A stretch of DNA of 64,000 nucleotides from an uncultured Acidimicrobiaceae bacterium (GCA_963838845.1 CAWISR010000003.1:1092322-1156321); one strand, 5' to 3'. Shown: positions 9,420 to 21,700, counted from the first letter of the stretch. Program-made: numbers and translations. The notes: generated by a model not told the origin, from the letters alone.

Positions 9420-10033
9420 GATGAGGCGAGCTTCGTCATGATGATCAGCGTCGCGACCTGCATCGCGCCGGTGACACCCGCGGTGTAGATGAACCGGCGC
9501 ATGAGACGGCCGATCAGCTCGCCATTCGGCTCCGACTTGCGCAATTCGAAGAGCACCGCGAGGTTTGCCGGCTCGAGAAGTCCAATTGCGATGACCGCCA
9601 TCACGCCGACGATGATCATCGATGCGACGACCCACCCGTGAACCGGGGACGTGCTGAGGATCGTGCCTTCGTGCCGAGCGAGTTGCCAACCTGCCGCGAG
9701 CGTCGCGATGACGAGCGTTGGCATCAACAGGATCATCTTCGGCATCAGTCGTTTCGAGAATTCGATACGCGCAGGGATCGACATTTGTCCGAGTATCGGT
9801 CCGATCACGAAGCCGAGGAACAGGTCGATGGCGGTCCAAAGTCCGCCACTCACAACGTGGAAGAAATCCAGCGCCCAGAGCCGGTTGGTGGCGATCGCCG
9901 CGACGAGTCCAGCGAGCGCGACCACGACGATCGGGATCGCGCGGACCGGCACGATCTGGAAATCGGCGCGAGGGTTCGCTTCCGCCTCGACTCGTCCCGG
10001 GGCGGCCCCGACGTCGATCAACGTTTCCGCCAT
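9416..10033 (-). CDS. Integral membrane protein (about 5-6 TM), unknown function
   Basis: MAETLIDVGAAPG... is followed by several hydrophobic helices (IPIVVVALAGLVAAIA, LWTAIDLFLGFVIGPIL, MILLMPTLVIATLAAGW, WVVASMIIVGVMAVIAIGLL, AGVTGAMQVATLIIM). The ATG at 10033 is preceded by a G-rich SD. Confidence 0.6.
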   Translation of the reverse strand: MAETLIDVGAAPGRVEAEANPRADFQIVPVRAIPIVVVALAGLVAAIATNRLWALDFFHVVSGGLWTAIDLFLGFVIGPILGQMSIPARIEFSKRLMPKMILLMPTLVIATLAAGWQLARHEGTILSTSPVHGWVVASMIIVGVMAVIAIGLLEPANLAVLFELRKSEPNGELIGRLMRRFIYTAGVTGAMQVATLIIMTKLASS

Positions 10034-10267
10034 TCGCCCCCCTATCAACCGACGACGCGATCTGCGGCGCAATCTAGTTATTGGCGCCGGACGGGTGAAG
10101 CTGAAGTTGCCGGCGTCGTCGTCGGTCGCATCGCGCCGGTTGAGCTGCGGCGCACGCTGTCGCCGCGTCGGCCACCGCTGGCAGGGTGCCTCGGATTCCC
10201 GTAAACTCGCCTACGCCCGCTGGCGCGCGCCCGCGGGCGACCCCCGTGGTCTTTCGGAAGGAAACGC

Positions 10268-10639
10268 GTGCCCACTATCGCCCAACTCGTCCGCGCCGGA
10301 CGGGAGTCGAAGCGGTCGAAAACGAAGACGCCTGCTCTGAAAGGCGCCCCGCAGCGCCGGGGCGTCTGCACGCGCGTGTACACGACGACCCCGAAGAAGC
10401 CGAACTCTGCCCTGCGCAAGGTCGCCCGGGTGCGCCTCACGAGCGGGGTCGAGGTGACGGCGTACATCCCCGGCGTCGGCCACAACCTGCAGGAGCACTC
10501 GATCGTGCTCGTGCGCGGCGGCCGGGTGAAAGACCTGCCAGGAGTGCGGTACAAGATCGTGCGCGGCGCCCTCGACACCGTCGGGGTGCGCGACCGCGCC
10601 CAGGCCCGCAGCCGCTACGGCGCGAAGAAGAGCGCCTGA
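10268..10639 (+). CDS. rpsL: 30S ribosomal protein S12
   Basis: [59 protein letters not shown]...; GTG start. Confidence 0.98.
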   Translation: MPTIAQLVRAGRESKRSKTKTPALKGAPQRRGVCTRVYTTTPKKPNSALRKVARVRLTSGVEVTAYIPGVGHNLQEHSIVLVRGGRVKDLPGVRYKIVRGALDTVGVRDRAQARSRYGAKKSA

Positions 10640-11109
10640 TGCCCCGCAGCGGCCCCGCCCCTCGACGTGACCTCCAGCCGGACCCTGTCTACCGGTCAGT
10701 CCTCGTCACGCAGCTGATCAACAAGGTTCTCTCGCGCGGCAAGCGCAGCCTCGCCGAGCGCATCGTCTACGACGCCTTGACGGTCGTTGCCGAGCGCACC
10801 AGCGGCGATGCCCTCGCGACGCTGAAGCGGGCCCTCGACAACGCCCGTCCCGAGCTCGAGGTCCGCTCCCGCCGCGTCGGGGGCACGACCTACCAGGTGC
10901 CGGTCGAGCTCCGCCCGAAGCGGGCGACGACCCTGTCGATCCGTTGGATCGTCAACTACGCGAAGGAGCGCCGCGAGCGCACGATGGCGCTTCGGCTGGC
11001 GAACGAGATCCTCGATGCGGCGAACGGCCTCGGTGCCGCCGTGAAGCGTCGCGAAGACGTCCACAAGATGGCGGAATCGAACAAGGCGTTCGCGCACTAC
11101 CGCTGGTAG
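10639..11109 (+). CDS. rpsG: 30S ribosomal protein S7
   Basis: [44 protein letters not shown]...KAFAHYRW. The junction with rpsL is a TGATG 1-nt overlap. Confidence 0.97.
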   Translation: MPRSGPAPRRDLQPDPVYRSVLVTQLINKVLSRGKRSLAERIVYDALTVVAERTSGDALATLKRALDNARPELEVRSRRVGGTTYQVPVELRPKRATTLSIRWIVNYAKERRERTMALRLANEILDAANGLGAAVKRREDVHKMAESNKAFAHYRW

Positions 11110-11209
11110 ACGCCCGTATCGGGCGTCGGTATCGCACCGATTTCCCCTGTACACGCCGTACTCTGTATGTGTAGCCGCCCGCGCTACACCGACCCCAGGA
11201 ATTCACCAA

Positions 11210-13306
11210 ATGGCAACACCCCAGAGCCGCACGACCCCCCTCGCCAAGGTCCGCAACATCGGGATCATGGCGCACATCGACGCGGGGAAAACCACGACGA
11301 CGGAGCGGATCCTCTACTACACGGGCCGCAACTACAAGATCGGTGAGGTCCACGAGGGCGCCGCAACCATGGACTGGATGGTCCAAGAGCAAGAGCGCGG
11401 CATCACTATCACCTCCGCGGCGACGACCGCCGCCTGGCGGGACTGCTCGATCAACATCATCGACACGCCTGGCCACGTCGACTTCACCGTCGAGGTCGAG
11501 CGCTCCCTCCGCGTGCTCGACGGAGCGGTCGCGATCTTCGATGCCGTCGCCGGAGTCGAGCCCCAGACAGAGACCGTCTGGCGCCAGGCCGACAAGTACA
11601 ACGTCCCCCGCATCTGCTTTGTGAACAAGATGGACCGGACCGGCGCGGACTTTCCCCGGACGGTCGAGATGATCCGCGATCGTCTCGATGCGATCCCGGC
11701 CGTCACTCAGCTTCCCCTCGGCGTCGAGGCGAACTTCCGCGGCGTCGTTGACGTGATCGGGATGAAGGCCCTCGTCTGGGAGGAAGAGGGCATCGGCGAG
11801 AAGTGGTCCGAAGAGGAGATCCCCGCCGGCATGCGCGACGCAGCGGTGGCCGCCCGCCACGACCTCGTCGACGTGACGTCCCACTACGACGACACGGTGA
11901 TGGAGAAGTACGTCTCGGAAGAGGAGATCACCGACGACGACCTCCGGCGCGCGCTGCGCGTCGGGACGATCGAGGGCCATCTCGTCCCCGTTCTGTGCGG
12001 CTCGGCGTTCAAGAACAAAGGCGTCCAGCCGCTCCTCGACGCGGTCGTCGACTATCTGCCGAGCCCGGTCGACCTTCCCCCGACGATCGGGCACTCGCTC
12101 CGTGGTGACGAGATCCTCGAGCGCAAGGCGGCCGACCAGGAACCGTTCTCGGCGCTCGCCTTCAAGATCCAGACGGACCCCTTCGTCGGCAAGCTCACCT
12201 ACCTGCGCGTCTACTCGGGCACCCTCGAGAAGGGATCGACGATCCTCAACTCGACGAAGGACAAGCGCGAGCGGATCGGCCGCGTCCTCGAGATGCACGC
12301 CAACCACAGAGAGGACAAAGAGACGCTTTTCGCCGGCGACATCGTCGCGGTCGTCGGGCTGAAGACTACGACGACGGGCGACACGCTGTGCGACCCGTCG
12401 CACCCGATCGTCCTCGAATCGCTTGTCTTCCCAGAGCCGGTCGTCCACGTCGCCGTCGAGCCGAAGTCGAAGGCCGACCAGGACAAATTGGGCAAGGCCC
12501 TCTTCGCACTGTCCGAGGAGGACCCGACTTTCCGCGTCCGCACGGACGAGGAGACCGGCCAGACGGTGATCTCCGGCATGGGCGAGCTGCACCTCGAGGT
12601 GCTCGTCGACCGGATGCTGCGCGAGTTCAAGGTCGACGCCCACGTCGGCAAGCCGCAGGTCGCGTACCGCGAGACGATCCGCGACGCGGTGAGCAAGGTG
12701 GAGGAGCGCTACATCCGCCAGACCGGCGGTCGCGGCCAGTACGGCCACGTCGTCATCGACCTGGAACCGACGGGCCCGGGTGGTGGCTACGAGTTCGTCG
12801 ACAAGATCACGGGCGGGGTGATCCCGAAGGAGTACATCCCGGCGATCGACCGCGGCATCCGCGAGGCGATGGAGTCCGGTGTGCTCGCCGGCTTCCCGGC
12901 CGTCGACCAGCGGGTCGTCCTCACCTACGGTTCGTACCACGACGTCGACTCGTCCGAGATGGCGTTCAAGATCGCCGGCTCGCTCGCCTGGAAGAAGGCG
13001 GCGCGTCTTGCGCACCCGGTGCTGTTGGAGCCGATGATGTCCGTCGAGGTCGTCACCCCCGAGGAGTTCCTCGGTGACGTCATCGGCGACCTGTCCTCGC
13101 GCCGCGGCCGCGTCGAGGGGATGGAGAGCCGCGGCACGAGCCAGGTGATCCGCTCGCAGGTACCCCTCGCCGAGATGTTCGGCTACGCTACCGACCTGCG
13201 TTCTCGCACCCAAGGACGCGCCACGTTCTCGATGCAGTTCAACTCCTACCAGGAGGTCCCCGAGTCGATTGGCCGGGAGATTGTCGCCCGGGCAACGGGG
13301 GAATAG
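11210..13306 (+). CDS. fusA: Elongation factor G
   Basis: [25 protein letters not shown]...[13 protein letters not shown]...; 698 aa. Confidence 0.98.
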   Translation: MATPQSRTTPLAKVRNIGIMAHIDAGKTTTTERILYYTGRNYKIGEVHEGAATMDWMVQEQERGITITSAATTAAWRDCSINIIDTPGHVDFTVEVERSLRVLDGAVAIFDAVAGVEPQTETVWRQADKYNVPRICFVNKMDRTGADFPRTVEMIRDRLDAIPAVTQLPLGVEANFRGVVDVIGMKALVWEEEGIGEKWSEEEIPAGMRDAAVAARHDLVDVTSHYDDTVMEKYVSEEEITDDDLRRALRVGTIEGHLVPVLCGSAFKNKGVQPLLDAVVDYLPSPVDLPPTIGHSLRGDEILERKAADQEPFSALAFKIQTDPFVGKLTYLRVYSGTLEKGSTILNSTKDKRERIGRVLEMHANHREDKETLFAGDIVAVVGLKTTTTGDTLCDPSHPIVLESLVFPEPVVHVAVEPKSKADQDKLGKALFALSEEDPTFRVRTDEETGQTVISGMGELHLEVLVDRMLREFKVDAHVGKPQVAYRETIRDAVSKVEERYIRQTGGRGQYGHVVIDLEPTGPGGGYEFVDKITGGVIPKEYIPAIDRGIREAMESGVLAGFPAVDQRVVLTYGSYHDVDSSEMAFKIAGSLAWKKAARLAHPVLLEPMMSVEVVTPEEFLGDVIGDLSSRRGRVEGMESRGTSQVIRSQVPLAEMFGYATDLRSRTQGRATFSMQFNSYQEVPESIGREIVARATGE

Positions 13307-13456
13307 GCGGCATCGGGACCAGCGCCCGCTTTTCCTTTTGGGACCGGCCACCGAGGCCGCGACCTGAGGTGGCGGTTGCGGACCTGAGCAGATCAACGCA
13401 AAACAACACGGCAGGGCGAAGGGCCCTGCCCAGGACAGACGGAGCTGTCAGCAACA

Positions 13457-14644
<1,188 letters not shown>

Positions 14645-14660
14645 CGAAGGGACCGCACAG

Positions 14661-14975
14661 GTGGCGCAGCGGATCCGCATCCGCCTGAAGGCCTACGACC
14701 ACGAGGTCGTCGACCAGTCGACGAAGAAGATCGTCGAAACGGTGCTCCGCACCCAGGCGAAGGTGCGGGGTCCGGTGCCGCTGCCGACCGAGCGCCACCG
14801 CTACACGGTCATCCGCTCGCCGCACAAGTACAAGGACAGCCGCGAGCATTTCGAGATGCGGATCCACAAGCGCCTCGTCGATATCGTCGAGCACAGCCCG
14901 AAGACCGTTGACTCGTTGCAGCGGCTCGACCTGCCGGCCGGCGTCGACATCGAGATCAAGATCCAGCAGGTATAA
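14661..14975 (+). CDS. rpsJ: 30S ribosomal protein S10
   Basis: [27 protein letters not shown]...[24 protein letters not shown]... The GTG start lies 16 nt after the tuf stop. Confidence 0.97.
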   Translation: MAQRIRIRLKAYDHEVVDQSTKKIVETVLRTQAKVRGPVPLPTERHRYTVIRSPHKYKDSREHFEMRIHKRLVDIVEHSPKTVDSLQRLDLPAGVDIEIKIQQV

Positions 14976-15143
14976 CGCGGGGCGAGGTGGTCCCCTTTAG
15001 GCCAGCACGGCTCGCGGCGTGCCTCGTTGCCGACTCGCGCTACCTCGTCGTCCACTGATCCGACAGACGCGCGGATCTCCGGGGAGGACGGCAGCGCACC
15101 GGTGCGGGAGCGGCTGTCACCGGACGCGCCCGGTACGGTCAGC

Positions 15144-15211
15144 CGGCTCGCGGATCTGACCTGGGCGTGAAGCTTTGGCTCATGTTCGGTGTCGAGATCC
15201 AGCAGGTCTAA
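15144..15211 (+). repeat. Degenerate second copy of the rpsJ 3' end, including a stop codon
   Basis: cggctcg...acctg...gtcgagatccagcaggtctaa here compares with rpsJ 14922-14975, cggctcgacctgccggccggcgtcgacatcgagatcaagatccagcaggtataa. The core tcgagatc/cagcaggt is identical apart from a 6-nt gap. The remnant reads ...FGVEIQQV* against the genuine ...[12 protein letters not shown]. Confidence 0.65.
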
Positions 15212-15225
15212 GCAAAAATTCGCAG

Positions 15226-15234
15226 TGTTATAGT
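15226..15234 (+). promoter_or_regulatory. Candidate extended -10 promoter element (TGtTATAGT) in the rpsJ-rplC spacer
   Basis: This is the only AT-rich patch (agcaaaaattcgcagtgttatagtg) in a GC-rich spacer. It matches TGnTATAAT at 8 of the 9 positions but has no convincing -35. About 200 nt of hairpin-rich leader follows before rplC. Confidence 0.3.
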
Positions 15235-15436
15235 GAGGCTGTCGCCGGTGCGGCGCCCGGCGGATTAAGACGACGTCCGAGCGTGCCCCGCTCGCCGGGG
15301 GACCGCTCGGCACAAGCCATTTCCGCTCCGCTCGGCAACGCCGGGCGGAGCGTCCGCGTGAGTAAGGGCGATGCCCTGGCCGACCCGGGTCGGAGCGTTG
15401 CGCGGGCGACCGAGGACGAACAAGGAAGGCACGACG

Positions 15437-16081
15437 ATGACGATCAGTGCGGTCATCGGGGAGAAGGTCGGCATGACGCAGATCTTCGACTCCGAGAACC
15501 GGGCGGTCCCTGTGACCGTCGTCAAAGTCGCGCCCTTCCGCGTCGTCCAGGTGAAGACGCCCCAGCGAGAGGGGTACTCCGCGCTCCAGCTCACCTACGG
15601 CTTTCGGCGCGCGACGGCGATGAACAAGCCCGAGGCCGGCCACTTTGCCAAGGCCGGGGTCGACCCGGGGCGCAAGCTCGTCGAGGTACGCGTCGACGAC
15701 ACGGACGGCTACGCGGTCGGTGACGTGCTCGACGTGACGGTGCTCGCCGCCGGCGAGAAGGTCGACGTCACCGCCGTTTCGAAGGGTAAGGGCTTCGCCG
15801 GCTCCATGAAGCGCCACAACTTCGCGGGCCAGGGCGCGGCGCACGGCAATCACAAAAAGCACCGCGCGCCGGGATCGATCGGCGCCTGCGCAACCCCGGC
15901 GCGGGTGTTCAAAGGCACGCGCATGGCGGGCCGCACCGGGGCCGAACGGGTGACAACCCTCAACCTGGAGGTCGTCGAGGCCGACCCCGAGCGCGAGATC
16001 GTCCTCGTCAAGGGCGCGGTCCCCGGTCCCCGCGGCGGCCTCGTCGTGCTGCGCAAGGCTGTGAAGGGCGAGGCGCGATGA
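15437..16081 (+). CDS. rplC: 50S ribosomal protein L3
   Basis: MTISAVIGEKVGMTQIFDSENRAVPVTVV...; the SD AAGGAAGG lies upstream of the ATG at 15437. Confidence 0.96.
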   Translation: MTISAVIGEKVGMTQIFDSENRAVPVTVVKVAPFRVVQVKTPQREGYSALQLTYGFRRATAMNKPEAGHFAKAGVDPGRKLVEVRVDDTDGYAVGDVLDVTVLAAGEKVDVTAVSKGKGFAGSMKRHNFAGQGAAHGNHKKHRAPGSIGACATPARVFKGTRMAGRTGAERVTTLNLEVVEADPEREIVLVKGAVPGPRGGLVVLRKAVKGEAR

Positions 16082-16911
16082 CCGACCTCTCAATCGTTGC
16101 CCGCGCGAAGCCCCGCCAGCTCGCCGCGCCGGTCGAGCTCACGCGCACCAGCGAATCGGGTGCGGTGCTCTCGACGGTGACGCTCGACCCCACGTACTTC
16201 TCGGTTCCTGAAAATGTCGCGCTGGTCCACCAGGTCATCACCGCTCAGCTCGCCGCGCGCCGCCGCGGCACCCAGAGCACGAAGACGCGCGCCGAGGTCC
16301 GTGGCGGCGGCGCGAAGCCGTATCGCCAGAAGGGCACGGGCAACGCGCGCCAGGGATCGATCCGTGCGCCGCACTACGCCGGCGGTGGCGTCGCCCTCGG
16401 GCCGAAGCCGCGCGACTACGCGCAGCACACGCCGCGCAAGATGGTCCAACAGGCGCTGCGCTGCGCCCTCTCGGACCGGGCGCGCTCGGGCGGCGTCCGC
16501 CTCATCGACCGTTGGGGCTTCGAGCAGCCGAAGACGAAGTTGGCGCTCGACGCGCTCGACGCGCTCGACTGCCAAGGTCGGGTCCTCGTCGTCACCGAGC
16601 GCGACGTCGATGTCGTCGAAAAGTCGATGCGGAACATCCCCGGCGTCGAGGCGCTCCCCGTCGATCAGCTCAACGCGTACGAGGTGATGCGCGCCGACGT
16701 CATCGTCTTCACTGACGCGACGATCCCGGGCGAGGTGACGACGACGAAGGTCGCGACGAAAGCGGCAGAGCCCGCGGCGGCAGCGAAGAAAACGGCTGCA
16801 AAGAAAATCCCGGCGAAAAAGGTGGCGGCGAAAAGAGTCGTCGTACCAAAGCCCGCCGCGTCAACCGAGGCAGCCGGATCCGAGGACGTTGAGGGCAGCG
16901 AGGAGTCATGA
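16078..16911 (+). CDS. rplD: 50S ribosomal protein L4 with Ala/Lys-rich C-terminal extension
   Basis: ...[53 protein letters not shown]... The tail reads [54 protein letters not shown]. An ATGA overlap joins it to rplC. Confidence 0.95.
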   Translation: MTDLSIVARAKPRQLAAPVELTRTSESGAVLSTVTLDPTYFSVPENVALVHQVITAQLAARRRGTQSTKTRAEVRGGGAKPYRQKGTGNARQGSIRAPHYAGGGVALGPKPRDYAQHTPRKMVQQALRCALSDRARSGGVRLIDRWGFEQPKTKLALDALDALDCQGRVLVVTERDVDVVEKSMRNIPGVEALPVDQLNAYEVMRADVIVFTDATIPGEVTTTKVATKAAEPAAAAKKTAAKKIPAKKVAAKRVVVPKPAASTEAAGSEDVEGSEES

Positions 16912-17195
16912 CCACGCGCACCGTCTTGATCCGCCCGATCATCTCGGAGAAGTCCTACGCGCTGATGGACGGCGGCGCGTACGTCTTCGTCGTCGATCCG
17001 CGCGCCTCGAAGCGGGAGATCCGCGACGCGGTCGAAGCGAACTTCTCGGTGCGTGTGCGCAGCGTGAACACGATGAACCGCAAGGGCAAGCACAAGCGCG
17101 ACCGACGGAGCAACAAGGTCGGCAAGCGGTCGGACTCGAAGCGGGCGATCGTCCGCCTCGAAGGCGACGACCGCATCGAGCTGTTCGAGAGCTGA
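16908..17195 (+). CDS. rplW: 50S ribosomal protein L23
   Basis: [43 protein letters not shown]...; ATGA overlap with rplD. Confidence 0.95.
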   Translation: MTTRTVLIRPIISEKSYALMDGGAYVFVVDPRASKREIRDAVEANFSVRVRSVNTMNRKGKHKRDRRSNKVGKRSDSKRAIVRLEGDDRIELFES

Positions 17196-17205
17196 GGGCG
17201 GTCTC

Positions 17206-18042
17206 ATGGGTGTGAGAAAGCGCAAGCCGACGAGCGCGGGGCGGCGGTTCCAGTCCTCGTCCGACTTCAAAGAGATCACAAAAAAGCGCCCCGAGCGCGC
17301 GCTCACCGAGTCGTTGCCGTCGTCTGGTGGCCGCAACAGCTACGGTCGCAAGACGGCGCGCCACCGCGGTGGCGGCCACAAGCGGCGCTACCGGATCATC
17401 GACTTCTGGCGCGACAAGGACGGGATTCCGGCACGCGTCGCGGCGATCGAATACGACCCGAACCGCAACGCCCGCATCTGCCTGTTGCACTACGCGGACG
17501 GCGAGAAGCGCTACATCATCGCTCCCGAAGGCATCGGCGTCGGCGACGTCTTGCAGTCCGGCCAGGGCTCAGAGATCCGTCCCGGCAACGCCTTGCAGCT
17601 GCGCTACGTACCCGTCGGCTCCACGATCCACAACGTCGAGCTCCGTCCGGGTGGCGGTGGCAAGCTCGCCCGCGGCGCGGGGTCAAGCGTGCAGCTCGTG
17701 GCGAAAGAAGGCGCGTACGCGACGCTGCGCCTGCCCTCCACCGAGATGCGCCGCGTGCCGATCGACTGCCGGGCGACGATCGGTGTCGTCGGCAACGCCG
17801 AGGCCGAGCTGCTCTCGATCGGCAAGGCGGGTCGCAACCGCTGGCGCGGCGTCCGGCCGCAGACCCGCGGCGTCGCCATGAACCCGATCGACCACCCGCT
17901 TGGCGGGGGCGAGGGAAAGTCCTCCGGCGGACGCCACCCCGTCTCGCCGTGGGGCAAGCCCGAAGGCCGCACTCGCCGGAAGCACAAGCCGTCCGACCGG
18001 CTCATCGTCCGTCGTCGCCGCGGTCGCGGCGCCCGCCGCTGA
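17206..18042 (+). CDS. rplB: 50S ribosomal protein L2
   Basis: [25 protein letters not shown]...[13 protein letters not shown]...[26 protein letters not shown]. Confidence 0.98.
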   Translation: MGVRKRKPTSAGRRFQSSSDFKEITKKRPERALTESLPSSGGRNSYGRKTARHRGGGHKRRYRIIDFWRDKDGIPARVAAIEYDPNRNARICLLHYADGEKRYIIAPEGIGVGDVLQSGQGSEIRPGNALQLRYVPVGSTIHNVELRPGGGGKLARGAGSSVQLVAKEGAYATLRLPSTEMRRVPIDCRATIGVVGNAEAELLSIGKAGRNRWRGVRPQTRGVAMNPIDHPLGGGEGKSSGGRHPVSPWGKPEGRTRRKHKPSDRLIVRRRRGRGARR

Positions 18043-18057
18043 TCGTGTGAGGTTGTC

Positions 18058-18336
18058 ATGCCGCGCAGTCTGAAAAAAGGTCCCTTTGTGGACGACCACT
18101 TGCTGAGAAAGGTCGACGAGCTGAACGCGAGGAACGAAAAGCGCGTCGTGAAGACGTGGTCGCGCCGCTCGACGATCATCCCCGACATGGTCGGGCACAC
18201 GATTGCTGTGCACGACGGGCGCAAGCACGTGCCGGTCTACATCACCGAGGCGATGGTCGGTCACAAGCTCGGCGAGTTCGCTCCGACGCGGACCTTCCGA
18301 TACCACGCCGGTCAAGAACGCCAGGCGAGGCGCTGA
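18058..18336 (+). CDS. rpsS: 30S ribosomal protein S19
   Basis: [23 protein letters not shown]...[36 protein letters not shown]. Confidence 0.98.
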   Translation: MPRSLKKGPFVDDHLLRKVDELNARNEKRVVKTWSRRSTIIPDMVGHTIAVHDGRKHVPVYITEAMVGHKLGEFAPTRTFRYHAGQERQARR

Positions 18337-18337
18337 G

Positions 18338-19144
18338 ATGACGGTGAAGACGAACGAGCGTCCCGGGACGAGGGCGACGCTGCGCTACTGCCGGCTCTCG
18401 AGCTACAAGGCCCGCGAGGTCCTCGATCTCATCCGGGGCCTCGACTACACACGCGCGGTCGAGCTGCTCGACCACACCCAGCGCGCCGGCGCGCCGATTG
18501 TCGCGAAGCTCTTGCGCTCGGCGGCGTCGAACGCCGAGCACAACGATTCGCTGTTCCCAGAAGAGCTCTACGTCGCGACGGCGTTCGCGGACGAGGGCAC
18601 GACGATGAAGCGTTGGCGACCCCGCGCCCGCGGACGGGCGACGCGCGTGCGCAAACGCACGTGCCACATCACGATCGTGCTCGCCCGCATGCCGGAAGAC
18701 CAGGTTGCGCGCCTCAAGGCGCGTGCTGCCGCGCAGCAAGCCGACCGCCGGGCGCGCAGGGTCGCCGGGTCGCGCCGACGCGCCGCGCAGGTGGAGCAGG
18801 TCTCCGAGGAAGATGAGGTGCCGTCGGAAACGGGTGACGAGACCGCTTCGACCGCCGAAGACGAAGTGAGCGAGGTCCCCGAGCTCGAGACAGATGCTGC
18901 GGACGCAGAGGACGAAACGGGCGAAGACGAAACGGAGAGTCAAGCAGCCGTCGCCGCGCCGGCGGCGAAGAAGGCGGCCGCGAAGAACAAAGCCGCGAAG
19001 AAGGCGCCGGCTAAGAGGACCGCCGCCAAGGTGACCGCCGCCAAGAGGGCGCGGCCCGAGAAAGCGGCGAAAAAGACCGTGCAGGCGATCTCGAAGATCG
19101 CCAAGAGGTCCGGGCGGAAGCCCCAGGCAAAGGACGAGGGCTGA
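18338..19144 (+). CDS. rplV: 50S ribosomal protein L22 with long acidic plus Ala/Lys-rich C-terminal extension (268 aa)
   Basis: The core reads [34 protein letters not shown]...[24 protein letters not shown]. An E/D-rich block follows ([45 protein letters not shown]), then [41 protein letters not shown]. Confidence 0.93.
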   Translation: MTVKTNERPGTRATLRYCRLSSYKAREVLDLIRGLDYTRAVELLDHTQRAGAPIVAKLLRSAASNAEHNDSLFPEELYVATAFADEGTTMKRWRPRARGRATRVRKRTCHITIVLARMPEDQVARLKARAAAQQADRRARRVAGSRRRAAQVEQVSEEDEVPSETGDETASTAEDEVSEVPELETDAADAEDETGEDETESQAAVAAPAAKKAAAKNKAAKKAPAKRTAAKVTAAKRARPEKAAKKTVQAISKIAKRSGRKPQAKDEG

Positions 19145-20076
19145 TGGGTCAGAAGGTCAACCCGTACGGGTTCCGCCTCGGGATCACGACGGACTGGAAG
19201 TCGCGCTGGTTCGAAGACCGCGGCTACCAGAACGCGGTCGTCGAGGACTGGAAGATCCGCAATTATCTGATGACCCAGCTCGAGTCGGCCGCGGTGAGCC
19301 GCATCGAGATCGAGCGGACCCGCGACCGTTTGCGCGTGGACATCCACACTGCGCGACCAGGCATCGTGATCGGCCGGCGCGGAGCCGAGGCCGACCGTTT
19401 GCGTCGCTACCTCGGCCGGATGACGAAGAACGCGAACATCCAACTGAACATCCAAGAGATCAAGCAACCGGAGCTCGATGCGGCGCTCATCGCGCAGGGC
19501 ATCGCCGACCAGCTCGCCCGGCGCATCAGCTTTCGGCGCGCGATGAAGCGCGCGATCCAGACGGTGCAGAAGGCGGGTGCGCTCGGTGTGCGCGTCCAGT
19601 GCGCGGGCCGCCTCGGCGGATCCGAGATGTCGCGGAAGGAGTCGTACCGCGAGGGCCGCGTACCGTTGCATACGCTGCGCGCCGACATCGACTACGGCAT
19701 GCGCGAGGCCCGCACGTCGACCGGGCGCGTCGGCGTCAAGGTTTGGATCTACAAGGGCGACATCCTGCCCTACCGCACCTCGCCCGAGGACAAGATCTCC
19801 CGCGAAGCGGCGATGGCAGTCGGGGAGACCTCCGGCCAGGCGCGGCCGCGGCGCATCGTGAGCGCTGGCGGCGGACGACGTCGCCCGGACATGGCCGAGC
19901 CCGGCGCGGCACCAGAAGAGGTTGCCGAGACAGAAGAGCCCGCCGAACCAGCGGAGGTCATCGCTGCGACGCCCGACGACGCGCTCGAACGACTGTTGGC
20001 AGAAGAAGAAGAGATCGAACGCCGTACCCGTGACGAGCATCACGAGGCGCCGCACTTCCGCAAGGAGACGGACTGA
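19144..20076 (+). CDS. rpsC: 30S ribosomal protein S3 with C-terminal extension (310 aa)
   Basis: [23 protein letters not shown]...; KH domain present; acidic/Pro-rich tail ...[44 protein letters not shown]... Confidence 0.96.
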   Translation: MGQKVNPYGFRLGITTDWKSRWFEDRGYQNAVVEDWKIRNYLMTQLESAAVSRIEIERTRDRLRVDIHTARPGIVIGRRGAEADRLRRYLGRMTKNANIQLNIQEIKQPELDAALIAQGIADQLARRISFRRAMKRAIQTVQKAGALGVRVQCAGRLGGSEMSRKESYREGRVPLHTLRADIDYGMREARTSTGRVGVKVWIYKGDILPYRTSPEDKISREAAMAVGETSGQARPRRIVSAGGGRRRPDMAEPGAAPEEVAETEEPAEPAEVIAATPDDALERLLAEEEEIERRTRDEHHEAPHFRKETD

Positions 20077-20078
20077 CC

Positions 20079-20510
20079 ATGTTGATGCCGAAGAAGGTGA
20101 AGCACCGCAAGCAGCAACGCGGTCGCAGGACCGGCCTCGCGAAGGGCGCGACCACCGTCGACTTCGGGGACTACGGGATCAAGGCGCTCGAGCCAGGCTG
20201 GCTGACGGCTCGCCAGATCGAAGCTGCCCGAATCGCGATGACCCGACACGTCCGCCGTGGCGGGAAGATCTGGATTCGCGTCTTTCCGCACAAGCCGGTC
20301 ACCCAAAAGCCGGCCGAGACGCGCATGGGCTCGGGAAAAGGCAACCCGGAGCACTGGGTGGCGGTCGTGAAGCCGGGCGCGATCCTCTTCGAGCTTGCCG
20401 GTGTCGACGAAGCGCTCGCGAAGTCGGCGATGGAACGAGCGATCCAGAAGCTGCCGATCAAGGCTGAGTTCGTCGTGCGCTCGGGCGTCGAGACGGGGGC
20501 GCACAGCTGA
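20079..20510 (+). CDS. rplP: 50S ribosomal protein L16
   Basis: [56 protein letters not shown]... Confidence 0.98.
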   Translation: MLMPKKVKHRKQQRGRRTGLAKGATTVDFGDYGIKALEPGWLTARQIEAARIAMTRHVRRGGKIWIRVFPHKPVTQKPAETRMGSGKGNPEHWVAVVKPGAILFELAGVDEALAKSAMERAIQKLPIKAEFVVRSGVETGAHS

Positions 20511-20740
20511 TGACCAAGCCCTCAGAGCTGCGCCTACTCGCCGACACCGATCGTGCCCAGCGCCTCGACGAGGCGCGCAAAGAGCTGTTCAACTTGCGCT
20601 TCCAGCTCGCGACCGGACGGCTCGACAACGTGAGCCGGATCGCCGTCGTGCGCAAGGAGATCGCGCGTCTGATCACGCTCGCGCAAGAAGAGACAACCGT
20701 TGCGCGCGCGCCGAAGCGTCCGAGGAGGAGACATGGCTGA
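20510..20740 (+). CDS. rpmC: 50S ribosomal protein L29
   Basis: [54 protein letters not shown]...; 1-nt overlap with the rplP stop. Confidence 0.93.
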   Translation: MTKPSELRLLADTDRAQRLDEARKELFNLRFQLATGRLDNVSRIAVVRKEIARLITLAQEETTVARAPKRPRRRHG

Positions 20741-21029
20741 GCAGGACGAAACCGCAGCCGATCCCTCGGTCGGCGCGCGGCCGAACCGCCGCAAGGTGCG
20801 AGAGGGAACCGTGCTGAAGCGTTCGATGGACAAAACCGCTGTGGTCGCGGTGACCCAACGCGTCCGCCACCCGAAGTACGCGAAGACGGTCCAGCGCACG
20901 ACGAAGCTGTACGTCCACGACGAGGAGAACACCTCGCGCGTCGGTGACCGGGTGCGCGTCGCCGAGACGCGCCCGCTTTCGAAGATGAAGCGGTGGCGCC
21001 TCGTCGAGGTCCTGGAGCGGGCGCGATGA
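20733..21029 (+). CDS. rpsQ: 30S ribosomal protein S17
   Basis: MAEQDET...[71 protein letters not shown]; 8-nt overlap with rpmC. Confidence 0.94.
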   Translation: MAEQDETAADPSVGARPNRRKVREGTVLKRSMDKTAVVAVTQRVRHPKYAKTVQRTTKLYVHDEENTSRVGDRVRVAETRPLSKMKRWRLVEVLERAR

Positions 21030-21394
21030 TCCAGCAAGAGTCGCGCCTTCGCGTCGCCGACAACTCGGGAGCCCGCGAGGTGCTGTGCATCAAGGTGCTC
21101 GGCGGGACCCGTCGCAGGTATGCGTCGATCGGCGACGTGTTCATCGGGACGGTGAAGGACGCCGTCCCGGGAGCCCAGGTGAAAAAGGGCGACGTCGTCC
21201 GCTGCGTCGTCGTCCGAACGAAGAAAGAGCGCCGTCGCCCCGACGGCAGCTACATCCGTTTCGACGAGAACGCTGCGGTGCTGATCACCGACCAGCAGCA
21301 ACCGCGCGGCACGCGCATCTTCGGCCCGGTAGGACGCGAGCTTCGCGACAAGCGGTTCATGCGCATCGTGAGCCTCGCACCGGAGGTGATTTGA
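21026..21394 (+). CDS. rplN: 50S ribosomal protein L14
   Basis: [46 protein letters not shown]...; ATGA overlap with rpsQ. Confidence 0.98.
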   Translation: MIQQESRLRVADNSGAREVLCIKVLGGTRRRYASIGDVFIGTVKDAVPGAQVKKGDVVRCVVVRTKKERRRPDGSYIRFDENAAVLITDQQQPRGTRIFGPVGRELRDKRFMRIVSLAPEVI

Positions 21395-21700
21395 GTGAAG
21401 ATCCATAAGGGAGACACCGTCGAAGTGCTCTCGGGCAAGCACCGCGGCAAGACCGGCGAGGTCATCCGCGCCATCCCGAAGAAGAACCAAGTGATCGTGG
21501 CAGGAGTGAACATCGCGAAGCGCCACCAAAAGCCGGTGCGCGCAACGATGCAGGCCGGGATCATCGACAAGGACATGCCGCTGCCGGTCTCCGCCGTGGC
21601 GCTCGTCTGCGCGAAGGACGGCCCGACGCGCGCCGCCACGCAGGTCGAGCCCGGCGGCTCGAAATCGCGCGTCTGTGCGAAGTGCGGGGGGAAGCTATGA
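21395..21700 (+). CDS. rplX: 50S ribosomal protein L24
   Basis: [46 protein letters not shown]...; the GTG start directly follows the rplN stop. Confidence 0.95.
   Translation: MKIHKGDTVEVLSGKHRGKTGEVIRAIPKKNQVIVAGVNIAKRHQKPVRATMQAGIIDKDMPLPVSAVALVCAKDGPTRAATQVEPGGSKSRVCAKCGGKL

Noticed and set aside
8976-9839. Full 287-aa version of the small membrane protein ORF
   Set aside because: The upstream 140 aa are Arg/His/Asp-rich and overlap the better-supported membrane gene 9416-10033 in another frame. The real start is the ATG at 9419, which forms an ATGA overlap.
10952-13396. 814-aa ORF antisense to fusA
   Set aside because: It is an Arg/Gly/Asp-rich low-information translation that lies exactly opposite a highly conserved gene. 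This is a typical shadow ORF of a GC-rich genome, where few stop codons occur in the antisense frame.
13307-13456. Hairpin ggcagggc-gaagg-gccctgcc in the fusA-tuf spacer as a possible terminator
   Set aside because: No U tract follows it, and fusA-tuf are normally co-transcribed. It is more likely an mRNA stability or processing structure, so I did not call it.
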